A stretch of 64,000 nucleotides of DNA from the human T2T-CHM13v2.0 reference genome, Homo sapiens (GCF_009914755.1 NC_060945.1); one strand, 5' to 3'. Shown: positions 31,301 to 48,770, counted from the stretch's first letter. Program-made: numbers and translations. The notes: a model not told the origin generated them from the sequence alone.

Positions 31301-34300
31301 AATATATATTTTATACTGTACATGAAATATCAAAGTTCACAAACTATATATTATATACTGTACATTAATTATCAAAGTACCCAAGGTATATATTCTATAC
31401 TGTACAAAAAATATCAAAGTACCCAAAGCATGTATTATATACTGTACATAAAATATGAAAGTACATCAAATATATATTTTATTCTGTACATAAAATATCA
31501 AAGTACACCAGATATATATTTTATAGTGTACATAAAATAACGAAGTACCCAAACTATAAATTATATACTGTACATAAAATATGAAATTACATCAAATATA
31601 TATTAGGTACATAAAATATGAAAGTACATCAAATATAGATTATATACTGTACATAAAATATCAATGTACCCCAAATATATATTTTATACTGTACATGAAA
31701 TATCAAAGTTCACAAACCATATATTGTATACTGTACATAAAATATCAAAGTACCCAAGGTATGTATTCTATACTGTACAAAAAATATCAAAGTACCCAAA
31801 GCATGTATTATATACTGTACATAAAATATGAAAGTACATCAAATATATATTTTATTCTGTACATAAATTATCAAAGAACACCAGATATATATTCTATAGT
31901 GTACATAAAATATCAAAGTACACAAACTATACATTATATACTGTACATAAAATATGAAATTACATCAAATATATATTATATTAGGTACATAAAATATGAA
32001 AGTACATCAAATATAGATTATATACTGTACATAAAATATCAAAGTACCCCAAATATATATTATATACTCTACATGAAATATCAAAGTTCACAAACTATAT
32101 ATTATATACTATACATAAAATAAAGTACACAAAGTATATATTCTATACTGTACAAAAAATATCAAAGTACCCAAAGCATGTATTATATACTGTACATAAA
32201 ATATGAAAGTACATCAAATATATATTTTATTCTGTACATAAAATATCAAAGTACACCAGATATATATTCTATAGTGTACATAAAATATGAAAGTACCCAA
32301 ACTATACATTATATACTGTACATAAAATATGAAATTACATCAAATATATATTATATTAGGTACATAAAATATGAAAGTACATCAAATATAGATTATATAC
32401 TGTACATAAAATATCAAGGTACCCCAAATATATATTATATACTCTACATGAAATATCAAAGTTCACAAACTATATATTATATACTGTACATAAAATATCA
32501 AAGTACCCAAGGTATATATTCCATACTGCACAAAAAATTTCAAAGCACCCAAAGCATGTATTATATACTGTATATAAAATATGAAAGTACATCAAATATA
32601 TATTTTATTCTGTACATAAAATATCAAAGTACACCAGATATATATTCTATAGTGTACATAAAATAACAAAGTACACAAACTATAAATTATATACTGTACA
32701 TAAAATATGAAATTACATCAAATATATATTAGGTACATAAAATATGAAAGTACATCAAATATAGATTATATACTGTACATAAAATATCAAAGTACCCCAA
32801 ATATATATTATATACTCTACATGAAATATCAAAGTTCACAAACTATATATTATATACTGTACATAAAATATCAAAATACCCAAGGTATATATTCTATACT
32901 GTACAAAAAATATCAAAGTACCCAAAGCATGTATTATATACTGTACATAAAATATGAAAGTACATCAAATATATATTTTATTCTGTACATAAAACATAAA
33001 GGACACCAGATATATATTCTATAGTGTACATAAAATATAAAAGTACCAAAACTATACATTATATACTGTACATAAAATATGAAATTACATCAAATATATA
33101 TTATATTAGGTACATAATATATGAAAGTACATCAAATATAGATTATATACTGTACATAAAATATCAAAGTACCCGAAATATATATTATATACTCTACATG
33201 AAATATCAAAGTTCACAAACTATATATTATATACTGTACATAAAATATCAAAGTACCCAAGGTATATATTCTGTAATGTACAAAAAATATCAAAGTACCC
33301 AAAGCATGTATTATATACTGTACATAAAATATGAAAGTACATCAAATATATATTTTATTCTGTACATAAAATATCAAAGTACACCAGATATATATTCTAT
33401 AGTGTACATAAAATAACAAAGTACACAAACTATAAATTATATACTGTACATAAAATATGAAATTACATCAAATATATATTAGGTACATAAAATATGAAAG
33501 TACATCAAATATAGATTATATACTGTACATAAAATATCAAAGTACCCCAAATATATATTATATACTGTACATGAAATATCAAAGTTCACAAACTATATAT
33601 TATATACTGTACATAAAATATCAAAGTACCCGAGGTATATATTCTATACTGTACAAAAAATATCAAAGTACCCAAAACATGTATTATATACTGTACATAA
33701 AATATGAAAGTACATCAAATATATATTTTATTCTGTACATAAAATATCAAAGTACACCAGATATATATTCTATAGTGTACATAAAATAACAAAGTACACA
33801 AACGATAAATTATATACTGTACATAAAATATGACATTACATCAAATATATATTAGGTACATAAAATATGAAAGTACATCAAATATAGATTATATACTGTA
33901 CATAAAATATCAATGTACCCCAAATATATATTTTATACTCTACATGAAATATCAAAGTTCACAAACCATATATTATATACTGTACATATAATATCAAAGT
34001 ACCCAAGGTATATATTCTATACAGTACAAAAAATATCAAAGTACCCAAAGCATGTATTTTATACTGTACATAAAATATGAAACTACATCAAATATATATT
34101 TTATTCTGGACAAAAAATATCAAAGTACACCAGACATATTTTCTATAGTGTACATAAAATATCAAAGTACCCAAAGCATGTATTATATACTGTACATAAA
34201 ATATGAAAGTACATCAAATATATATTTTATTCTGTACATAAAATATCAAAGTACACCAGATATATATTCTATAGTGTACATAAAATATCAAAAGTACCCA

Positions 34301-37300
34301 AACTATACATTATATACTGTACATAAAATATGAACTTACATCAAATATATATTATATTAGGTACATAAAATATGAAAGTACATCAAATATAGATTATATA
34401 CTGTACATTAAATACCAAAGTACCCCAAATATATATTTTATACTGTACATGTAATATCAAAGTTCACACACTATATATTATATACTGTACATAAAATATC
34501 AAAGTACCCAAGGTATATATTCTATACTGTACAAAAAACATCAAAGTACCCAAAGCATGTATTATATACTGTACATAAAATATGAAAGTACATCAAATAT
34601 ATATTTTATTCTGTACATAAAATATCAAAGTACACCAGATATATATTCTATAGTGTATATAAAATATCAAAGTACCCAAACTATAAATTATATACTGTAC
34701 ATAAAATATGAAATTACATCAAATATATATTATATTAGGTACATAAAATATGAAAGTACATCAAATATAGATTATATACTGTACATAAAATATCAAAGTA
34801 CCCCAAAGATATATTATATACTCTACATGAAATATCAAAGTTCACAAACTATATATTATATACTGTACATAAAATATCAAAGTACCCAAGGTATATATTC
34901 TATACTGTACAAAAAATATCAAAGTACCCAAAGCATGTATTATATACTGTATATAAAATATGAAAGTACATCAAATATATATTTTATTCTGTACATAAAA
35001 TATCAAAGTACACCAGATATATATTCTATAGTGTACATAAAATAACAAAGTACACAAACTATAAATTATATACTGTACGTAAAATATGAAATTACATCAA
35101 ATATATATTAGGTACATAAAATATGAAAGTACATCAAATATAGATTATATACTGTACATATATTATCAATGTACCCCAAATATATATTTTATACTCTACA
35201 TGAAATATCAAAGTTCAGAAACCATATATTATATACTGTACATAAAATATCAAAGTACCCAAGGTATATATTCTATACTGTACAAAAAATATCAAAGTAC
35301 CCAAAGCATGTATTATATACTGTACATAAAATATGAAAGCACATCAAATATATATTTTATTCTGTACATAAAACATCAAAGTACACCAGATATATATTCT
35401 ATACTGTACAAAAAATATCAAAGTACCCAAAGCATGTATTATATACTGTACATAAAATATGAAATTACATCAAATATATATTATATTAGGTACATAAAAT
35501 ATGAAAGCACATCAAATATAGATTATATACTGTACATTAAATACCAAAGTAACACAAATATATATTTTATACTGTACATCAAATATCAAAGTTCACAAAC
35601 TATATATTATATACTGTACATAAAATATCAAAGTACCCAAGGTATGTATTCTATACTGTATAAAAAATATCAAAGTACCCAAAGCATGTATTATATACTG
35701 TACATAAAATATGAAAGTACATCAAATATATATTTTATTCTGTACATAAAATATCAAAGTACACCAGATATATATTCTATAGTGTACATAAAATATCAAA
35801 GTACCCAAACTATACATTATATACTGTACATAAAATATGAGATTACATCAAATATATATAATATTAGCTACATAAAATATGAAAGTACATCAGATATAGA
35901 TTATATACTGTACAAAAAATATCAAAGTACCCCAAATATATATTATATTCTCTACATGAAATATCAAAGTTCACAAACTATATATTATATACTGTACATA
36001 AAATATCAAAGTACCCATGGTATATATTCTATACTGTACAAAAAATATCAAAGTACCCAAAGCATGTATTATATACTGTATACAAAATATGAAAATACAT
36101 TAAATATATATTTTATTCTGTACATAAAATATCAAAGTACACCAGATATGTATTCTATAGTGTACATAAAATAACAAAGTACACAAACTATAAATTATAT
36201 ACTGTACGTAAAATATGAAATTACATCAAATATATATTAGGTACATAAAATATGAAAGTACATCAAATATAGATTATATACTGTACATATAATATCAATG
36301 TACCCCAAATATATATTTTATACTCTACATGAAATATCAAAGTTCACAAACCATACATTATATACTGTACATAAAATATCAAAGTACCCAAGGTATATAT
36401 TCTATACTGTACGAAAAATATCAAAGTACCCAAAGCATGTATTATATACTGTACATAAAATATGAAAGTACATCAAATATATATTTTATTCTGTACATAA
36501 AATATCAAAGTACACCAGATATATATTCTATAGTGTACATAAAATATCAAAGTACCCAAACTATATATTATATACTGTACATAAAATATGAAATTACATC
36601 AAATATATTTTATATTAGGTACATAAAATATGAAAGTACATCAAATATAGATTATATACTGTACATTAAATACCAAAGTACCCCAAATATATATTTTATA
36701 CTGTACATGAAATATCAAAGTTCACAAACTATATATTATATACTGTACATATAATATCAAAGTACCCAGGGTATATATTCTATACTGTACAAAAAATAAC
36801 AAAGTACCAAAAGCATGTATAATATACTGTACATAAAATATGAAAGTACATCAAATATATATTTTATTCTGTACATAAAATATCAAAGTACACCAGATAT
36901 ATATTCTATAGTGTACATAAAATATCAAAGTACCCAAACTATACATTATATACCGTACATAAAATATGAAATTACATCAAATATATATTAGGTTCATAAA
37001 ATATGAATGTACATCAAATATAGATTATATACTGTACATTAAATACCAAAGTACCCCAAATATATATTTTATACTCTACATGAAATATCAAAGTTCACAA
37101 ACTATATATTATATACTGTACATAAAATATCAAAGTACCCAAGGTATATATTCTATACTGTACAAAAAATAACAAAGTACCAAAAGCATGTATAATATAC
37201 TGTACATAAAATATGAAAGTACATCAAATATATATTTTATTCTGTACATAAAATATCAAAGTACACCAGATATATATTCTATAGTGTACATAAAATATCA

Positions 37301-40300
37301 AAGTACCCAAACTATACATTATATACTGTAAATAAAATATGAAATTACATCAAATATATTTTATATTAGGTACCTAAAATATGAAAGTACATCAAATATA
37401 GATTATATACTGTACATTAAATACCAAAGTACCCCAAATATATATTTTATACTGTACATGAAATATCAAAGTTCACAAACTATATATTATATACTGTACA
37501 TAAATTATCAAAGTACCCAAGGTATATATTCTATACTGTACAAAAAATATCAAAGTACCCAAAGCATGTATTATATACTGTACATAAAATATGAAAGTAC
37601 ATCAAATATATATTTTATTCTGTACATAAAATATCAAAGTACACCAGATATATATTTTATAGTGTACATAAAATAACGAAGTACCCAAACTATAAATTAT
37701 ATACTGTACATAAAATATGAAATTACATCAAATATATATTAGGTACATAAAATATGAAAGTACATCAAATATAGATTATATACTGTACATAAAATATCAA
37801 TGTACCCCAAATATATATTTTATACTGTACATGAAATATCAAAGTTCACAAACCATATATTGTATACTGTACATAAAATATCAAAGTACCCAAGGTATGT
37901 ATTCTATACTGTACAAAAAATATCAAAGTACCCAAAGCATGTATTATATACTGTACATAAAATATGAAAGTACATCAAATATATATTTTATTCTGTACAT
38001 AAATTATCAAAGAACACCAGATATATATTCTATAGTGTACATAAAATATCAAAGTACACAAACTATACATTATATACTGTACATAAAATATGAAATTACA
38101 TCAAATATATATTATATTGGGTACATAAAATATGAAAGTACATCAAATATAGATTATATACTGTACATAAAATATCAAAGTACCCCAAATATATATTATA
38201 TACTCTACATGAAATATCAAAGTTCACAAACTATATATTATATACTATACATAAAATAAAGTACACAAAGTATATATTCTATACTGTACAAAAAATATCA
38301 AAGTACCCAAAGCATGTATTATATACTGTACATAAAATATGAAAGTACATCAAATATATATTTTATTCTGTACATAAAATATCAAAGTACACCAGATATA
38401 TATTCTATAGTGTACATAAAATATCAAAGTACCCAAACTATACATTATATACTGTACATAAAATATGAAATTACATCAAATATATATTATATTAGGTACA
38501 TAAAATATGAAAGTACATCAAATATAGATTATATACTGTACATAAAATATCAAGGTACCCCAAATATATATTATATACTCTACATGAAATATCAAAGTTC
38601 ACAAACTATATATTATATACTGTACATAAAATATCAAAGTACCCAAGGTATATATTCCATACTGCACAAAAAATTTCAAAGCACCCAAAGCATGTATTAT
38701 ATACTGTACATAAAATATAACATTACATCAAATATATATTTTATTCTGTACATAAAATATCAAAGTACACCAGATATATATTCTATAGTGTACATAAAAT
38801 AACAAAGTACACAAACTATAAATTATATACTGTACATAAAATATGAAATTACATCAAATATATATTAGGTACATAAAATATGAAAGTACATCAAATATAG
38901 ATTATATACTGTACATAAAATATCAAAGTACCCCAAATATATATTATATACTCTACATGAAATATCAAAGTTCACAAACTATATATTATATACTGTACAT
39001 AAAATATCAAAATACCCAAGGTATATATTCTATACTGTACAAAAAATATCAAAGTACCCAAAGCATGTATTATATACTGTACATAAAATATGAAAGTACA
39101 TCAAATATATATTTTATTCTGTACATAAAACATAAAGGACACCAGATATATATTCTATAGTGTACATAAAATATAAAAGTACCAAAACTATACATTATAT
39201 ACTGTACATAAAATATGAAATTACATCAAATATATATTATATTAGGTACATAATATATGAAAGTACATCAAATATAGATTATATACACTACATAAAATAT
39301 CAAAGTACCCGAAATATGTATTATATACTCTACATGAAATATCAAAGTTCACAAACTATATATTATATACTGTACATAAAATATCAAAGTACCCAAGGTA
39401 TATATTCTGTAATGTACAAAAAATATCAAAGTATCCAAAGCATGTATTATACACTGTATATAAAATATGAAATTACATTAAATATATATTTTATTCTGTA
39501 CATAAAATATCAAAGTACACCAGATATATATTCTATAGTGTCTATAAAATTACAAAATACACAAACTATAAATTATATACTGTACATAAAATATGAAATT
39601 ACATCAAATATATATTAGGTACATAAAATATGAAAGTACATCAAATATAGATTATATACTGTACATATAATATCAATGTACCCCAAATATATATTTTATA
39701 CTCTACATGAAATATCAAAGTTCACAAACCATACATTATATACTGTACATAAAATATCAAATTACCCAAGGTATATATTCTATACTGTACAAAAAATATC
39801 AAAGTACCCAAAGCATGTATTATATACTGTACATAAAATATGAAAGTACATCAAATATATATTTTATTCTGTACATAAAATATCAAAGTACACCAGATAT
39901 ATATTCTATAGTGTACATAAAATATCAAATTACCCAAACTATACATTATATACTGTACATAAAATATGAAATTACATCAAATATATATTATATTAGGTAC
40001 ATAAAATATGAAAGTACATCAAATATAGATTATATACTGTACATAAAATATCAAAGTACCCAAATATATATTATATACTCTACATGAAATATCAAAGTTC
40101 ACAAACTATATATTATATACTATACATAAAATATCAAAGTACCCAAGGTATATATTCTATACTGTACAAAAAATATCAAAGTACCCAAAGCATGTATTAT
40201 ATACTGTACATAAAATATGAAAGTACATCAAATATATATTTTATTCTGTACATAAAATATCAAAGTACACCAGATATATATTCTATAGTGTACATAAAAT

Positions 40301-43300
40301 AACAAAGTACACAAACTATAAATTATATACTGTACATAAAATATGAAATTACATCAAATATATATTAGGTACATAAAATATGAAAGTACATCAAATATAG
40401 ATTATATACTGTACATAAAATATCAAAGTACCCCAAATATATATTATATACTGTACATGAAATATCAAAGTTCACAAACTATATATTATATACTGTACAT
40501 AAAATATCAAAGTACCCGAGGTATATATTCTATACTGTACAAAAAATATCAAAGTACCCAAAACATGTATTATATACTGTACATAAAATATGAAAGTACA
40601 TCAAATATATATTTTATTCTGTACATAAAATATCAAAGTACACCAGATATATATTCTATAGTGTACATAAAATAACAAAGTACACAAACGATAAATTATA
40701 TACTGTACATAAAATATGACATTACATCAAATATATATTAGGTACATAAAATATGAAAGTACATCAAATATAGATTATATACTGTACATAAAATATCAAT
40801 GTACCCCAAATATATATTTTATACTCTACATGAAATATCAAAGTTCACAAACCATATATTATATACTGTACATATAATATCAAAGTACCCAAGGTATATA
40901 TTCTATACAGTACAAAAAATATCAAAGTACCCAAAGCATGTATTTTATACTGTACATAAAATATGAAACTACATCAAATATATATTTTATTCTGGACAAA
41001 AAATATCAAAGTACACCAGACATATTTTCTATAGTGTACATAAAATATCAAAGTACCCAAAGCATGTATTATATACTGTACATAAAATATGAAAGTACAT
41101 CAAATATATATTTTATTCTGTACATAAAATATCAAAGTACACCAGATATATATTCTATAGTGTACATAAAATATCAAAAGTACCCAAACTATACATTATA
41201 TACTGTACATAAAATATGAACTTACATCAAATATATATTATATTAGGTACATAAAATATGAAAGTACATCAAATATAGATTATATACTGTACATTAAATA
41301 CCAAAGTACCCCAAATATATATTTTATACTGTACATGTAATATCAAAGTTCACACACTATATATTATATACTGTACATAAAATATCAAAGTACCCAAGGT
41401 ATATATTCTATACTGTACAAAAAACATCAAAGTACCCAAAGCATGTATTATATACTGTACATAAAATATGAAAGTACATCAAATATATATTTTATTCTGT
41501 ACATAAAATATCAAAGTACACCAGATATATATTCTATAGTGTATATAAAATATCAAAGTACCCAAACTATAAATTATATACTGTACATAAAATATGAAAT
41601 TACATCAAATATATATTATATTAGGTACATAAAATATGAAAGTACATCAAATATAGATTATATACTGTACATAAAATATCAAAGTACCCCAAAGATATAT
41701 TATATACTCTACATGAAATATCAAAGTTCACAAACTATATATTATATACTGTACATAAAATATCAAAGTACCCAAGGTATATATTCTATACTGTACAAAA
41801 AATATCAAAGTACCCAAAGCATGTATTATATACTGTATATAAAATATGAAAGTACATCAAATATATATTTTATTCTGTACATAAAATATCAAAGTACACC
41901 AGATATATATTCTATAGTGTACATAAAATAACAAAGTACACAAACTATAAATTATATACTGTACGTAAAATATGAAATTACATCAAATATATATTAGGTA
42001 CATAAAATATGAAAGTACATCAAATATAGATTATATACTGTACATATATTATCAATGTACCCCAAATATATATTTTATACTCTACATGAAATATCAAAGT
42101 TCAGAAACCATATATTATATACTGTACATAAAATATCAAAGTACCCAAGGTATATATTCTATACTGTACAAAAAATATCAAAGTACCCAAAGCATGTATT
42201 ATATACTGTACATAAAATATGAAAGCACATCAAATATATATTTTATTCTGTACATAAAACATCAAAGTACACCAGATATATATTCTATACTGTACAAAAA
42301 ATATCAAAGTACCCAAAGCATGTATTATATACTGTACATAAAATATGAAATTACATCAAATATATATTATATTAGGTACATAAAATATGAAAGCACATCA
42401 AATATAGATTATATACTGTACATTAAATACCAAAGTAACACAAATATATATTTTATACTGTAAATCAAATATCAAAGTTCACAAACTATATATTATATAC
42501 TGTACATAAAATATCAAAGTACCCAAGGTATGTATTCTATACTGTATAAAAAATATCAAAGTACCCAAAGCATGTATTATATACTGTACATAAAATATGA
42601 AAGTACATCAAATATATATTTTATTCTGTACATAAAATATCAAAGTACACCAGATATATATTCTATAGTGTACATAAAATATCAAAGTACCCAAACTATA
42701 CATTATATACTGTACATAAAATATGAGATTACATCAAATATATATAATATTAGCTACATAAAATATGAAAGTACATCAGATATAGATTATATACTGTACA
42801 AAAAATATCAAAGTACCCCAAATATATATTATATTCTCTACATGAAATATCAAAGTTCACAAACTATATATTATATACTGTACATAAAATATCAAAGTAC
42901 CCATGGTATATATTCTATACTGTACAAAAAATATCAAAGTACCCAAAGCATGTATTATATACTGTATACAAAATATGAAAATACATTAAATATATATTTT
43001 ATTCTGTACATAAAATATCAAAGTACACCAGATATGTATTCTATAGTGTACATAAAATAACAAAGTACACAAACTATAAATTATATACTGTACGTAAAAT
43101 ATGAAATTACATCAAATATATATTAGGTACATAAAATATGAAAGTACATCAAATATAGATTATATACTGTACATATAATATCAATGTACCCCAAATATAT
43201 ATTTTATACTCTACATGAAATATCAAAGTTCACAAACCATACATTATATACTGTACATAAAATATCAAAGTACCCAAGGTATATATTCTATACTGTACGA

Positions 43301-46010
43301 AAAATATCAAAGTACCCAAAGCATGTATTATATACTGTACATAAAATATGAAAGTACATCAAATATATATTTTATTCTGTACATAAAATATCAAAGTACA
43401 CCAGATATATATTCTATAGTGTACATAAAATATCAAAGTACCCAAACTATACATTATATACTGTACATAAAATATGAAATTACATCAAATATATATTAGG
43501 TACATAAAATATGAAAGTATATCAAATATAGATTATATACTGTACATATAATATCAATGTACCCCAAATATATATTTTATACTCTACATGAAATATCAAA
43601 ATTCACAAACTATATATTATATACTGTACATAAAATATCAAAGTACCCAAGTTATATATTCTATACTGTACAAAAAATATCAAAGTACCCAAAGCATGTT
43701 TTATATACTGTACATAAAATATGAAAGTACATCAAATATATATTTTATTCTGTAAATAAAATATCAAAGTACACCAGATATATATTCTATAGTGTACATA
43801 AAATATCAATGTACCCAAACTATACATTATATACTGTACATAAAATATGAAATTACATCAAATATATATTATATTAGGTACATAAAATATGAAAGCACAT
43901 CAAATATAGATTATATACTGTACATTAAATGCCAAAGTACCCCAAATATATATTTTATACTGTACATCAAATATCAAAGTTCACAAACTATATATTATAT
44001 ACTGTACATAAAATATCAAAGTACCCAAGGTATATATTCTATACTGTACAAAAAATATCAAAGTATCCAAAGCATGTATTATATACTTTATATAAAATAT
44101 GAAAGTACGTCAAATATATATTTTATTCTGTACATAAAATATCAAAGTACACCAGATATATATTCTATAGTGTACATAAAATAACAAAGTACACAAACTA
44201 TAAATTATATACTGTACATAAAATATGAAATTACATCAAATATATATTAGGTACATAAAATATGAAAGTACATCAAATATAGATTATATACTGTACATAT
44301 AATATCAATGTACCCCAAATATATATTTTATACTCTACATGAAATATCAAAGTTCACAAACCATATATTATATACTGTACATAAAATATCAAAGTACCCA
44401 AGGTATATATTCTATACTATACAAAAAGTATCAAAGTACCCAAAGCATGTATTATATACTGTACCTAAAATATGAAAGTACATCAAATATATATTTTATT
44501 CTGTACATAAAATATCAAAGTACACCAGATATATATTCTATACTGTACATAAAATATCAAAGTACCCAAACTATATATTATATACTGTACATAAAATATG
44601 AAATTACATCAAATATATTTTATATTAGGTACATAAAATATGAAAGTACATCAAATATAGATTATATACTGTACATTAAATACCAAAGTACCCCAAATAT
44701 ATATTTTATACTGTACATAAAATATCAAAGTTCACAAACTATATATTATATACTGTACATATAATATCAAAGTACCCAGGGTATATATTCTATACTGTAC
44801 AAAAAATAACAAAGTACCAAAAGCATGTATAATATACTGTACATAAAATTTGAAAGTACATCAAATATATATTTTATTCTGTACATAAAATATCAAAGTA
44901 CACCCGATATATATTCTATAGTGTACATAAAATATCAAAGTACCCAAACTATACATTATATACCGTACATAAAATATGAAATTACATCAAATATATATTA
45001 GGTTCATAAAATATGAAAGTACATCAAATATAGATTATATACTGTACATTAAATACCAAAGTACCCCAAATATATATTTTATACTCTACATGAAATATCA
45101 AAGTTCACAAACTATATATTATATACTGTACATATAATATCAAAGTACCCAAGGTATATATTCTATACTGTACAAAAAATAACAAAGTACCAAAAGCATG
45201 TATAATATACTGTACATAAAATATGAAAGTACATCAAATATATATTTTATTCTGTACATAAAATATCAAAGTACACCAGATATATATTCTATAGTGTACA
45301 TAAAATATCAAAGTACCCAAACTATACATTATATACTGTAAATAAAATATGAAATTACATCAAATATATTTTATATTAGGTACCTAAAATATGAAAGTAC
45401 ATCAAATATAGATTATATACTGTACATTAAATACCAAAGTACCCCAAATATATATTTTATACTGTACATGAAATATCAAAGTTCACAAACTATATATTAT
45501 ATACTGTACATAAATTATCAAAGTACCCAAGGTATATATTCTATACTGTACAAAAAATATCAAAGTACCCAAAGCATGTATTATATACTGTACATAAAAT
45601 ATGAAAGTACATCAAATATATATTTTATTCTGTACATAAAATATCAAAGTACACCAGATATATATTTTATAGTGTACATAAAATAACGAAGTACCCAAAC
45701 TATAAATTATATACTGTACATAAAATATGAAATTACATCAAATATATATTAGGTACATAAAATATGAAAGTACATCAAATATAGATTATATACTGTACAT
45801 AAAATATCAATGTACCCCAAATATATATTTTATACTGTACATGAAATATCAAAGTTCACAAACCATATATTGTATACTGTACATAAAATATCAAAGTACC
45901 CAAGGTATGTATTCTATACTGTACAAAAAATATCAAAGTACCCAAAGCATGTATTATATAGTGTACATAAAATATGAAAGTACATCAAATATATATTTTA
46001 TTCTGTACAT
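19400..46010 (+). repeat. Four tandem copies of an ~8.0-kb (21-HOR) super-unit: 8011, 5629, 6136 bp and a truncated ~6.8-kb copy
   Basis: Marker CTGTAATGTA at 19631, 27642, 33271 and 39407. ORF offsets are 5630 (25951/31581), 12890 (20567/33457), 6136 (30830/36966) and 19776 (19931/39707 through 25951/45727). Confidence 0.85.
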
Positions 46011-48770
46011 AAAATATCAAAGTACACCAGATATATATTCTATAGTGTACATAAAATAACAAAGTACACAAACTATACATTATATACTGTACATAAAATA
46101 TGAAATTACATCAAATATATATTATATTAGGTACATAAAATATGAAAGTACATCAAATATAGATTATATACTGTACATAAAATATCAAAGTACCCCAAAT
46201 ATATATTATATACTCTACATGAAATATCAAAGTTCACAAACTATATATTATATACTGTACATAAAATATCAAAGTACCCAAGGTATATATTCTATACTGT
46301 ACAAAAAATATCAAAGTACCCAAAGCATGTATTATATACTGTACATAAAATATGAAAGTACATCAAATATATATTTTATTCTGTACATAAAATATCAAAG
46401 TACACCAGATATATATTCTATAGTGTATATAAAATATCAAAGTACCCAAACTATACATTATATACTGTACATAAAATATGAAATTACATCAAATATATAT
46501 TATATTAGGTACATAAAATATGAAAGTACATGAAATATAGATTATATACTGTACATAAAATATCAAGGTACCCCAAATATATATTATATACTGTACATGA
46601 AATATCAAAGTTCACAAACTATATATTATATACTGTACATAAAATATCAAAGTACCCAAGGTATATATTCTATAGTGTACAAAAAATATCAAAGTACCCA
46701 AAGCATGTATTATATACTGTACATAAAATATAAAATTACATCAAATATATATTTTATTCTGTACATAAAATATCAAAGTACACCAGATATATATACTATA
46801 GTGTACATAAAATATCAAAGTACCCAAACTATACATTATACACTGTACATATAATATGAAATTACATCAAATATATATTAGGTACATAAAATATGAAAGT
46901 ACATCAAATATAGATTATATACTGTACATATAATATCAATGTAACCCAAATATATATTTTATACTCTACATGAAATATCAAAGTTCACAAACTATATATT
47001 ATATACTGTACATAAAATATCAAAGTACCCAAGGTATATATTCTATACTGTACAAAAAATATCAAAGTACACAAAGCATGTATGATATACTGTACATAAA
47101 ATATGAAAGTACATCAAATATGTATTTTATTCTGTACATAGAATATCAAAGTACACCAGATATATATTCTATAGTGTACATAATATAACAAAGTACAAAA
47201 ACTATACATTATATACTGTACATAAAATATGAAATTACATCAAATATATATTAGGTACATAAAATATGAAAGTACATCAAATATAGATTATATACTGTAC
47301 GTAAAATATCAAAGTACCCCAAATATATATTATATAATGTACATGAAATATCAAAGTTCACAAACCATATATTATATACTGTACATAAAATATCAAAGTA
47401 CCCAAGGTATATATTCTATACTGTACAAAAAATATCAATGTACCCAAAGCATGTATTATATACTGTACATAAAATATGAAATTACATCATATATATATTT
47501 TATTCTGTACATAAAATATCAAAGTACACCAGATATATATTCTATAGTGTACATAAAATATCAAAGTACCCAATCTATACATTATAAACTGTACATAAAA
47601 TATGAAATTACATCAAATATATATTAGGTACATAAAATATGAATGTACATCAAATATAGATTATAAACTGTACATAAAATATCAAAGTACCCTAAATATA
47701 TATTATATACTCTACAAGAAATATCAAAGTTCACACACTATATATTATATACTGTACATAAAATATCAAAGTACCCAAGGTATATATTCTATACTGTACA
47801 AAAAATATCAAAGAACCCAAACCATGTATTATATACTGTACATAAAATATGAAAGTACATCAAATATATATTTTATTCTGTACATAAAATATCAAAGTAC
47901 ACCAGATATATATTCTATAGTGTACCTAAAATATCAAAGTACCCAAACTATACATTATATACTGTACATAAAATATGAAATTACATCAAATATATATTAT
48001 ATTAGGTACATAAAATATGAAAGTACATCAAATATAGATTATACACTGTACATAAAATATCAATGTACCCCAAATATATATTTTATACTCTACATGAAAT
48101 ACCAAAGTTCACAAACCATATATTATATACTGTACATAAAATATCAAAGTACCCAAGGTATATATTCTATACTGTACAAAAAATATCAAAGTACCCAAAG
48201 CATGTATTATATACTGTACATAAAATATGAAAGTACATCAAATATATATTTTATTCTGTACATAAAATATCAAAGTACACCAGATATATATTCTATAGTG
48301 TACATAAAATATCAAAGTACCCAAACTATACATTATATACTGTACATAAAATATGAAATTACATCAAATATATATTATATTAGGTACATAAAATATGAAA
48401 GTACATCAAATATAGATTATATACTGTACATAAAATATCAAAGTACCCCAAATATATATTATATACTCTACATGAAATATCAAAGTTCACAAACTATATA
48501 TTATATACTGTACATAAAATATCAAAGTACCCAAGGTATATATTCTATAATGTACAAAAAATATCAAAGTACCCAAAGCGTGTATTATATACTGTATATA
48601 AAATATGAAATTACATCAAATATATATTTTATTCTGTACATAAAATATCAAAGTACACTAGATATATATTCTATAGTGTACATAAAATATCAAAGTACCC
48701 AAACTATACATTATATACTGTACATAAAATATGAAATTACATCAAATATATATTATATTAGGTACATAAA

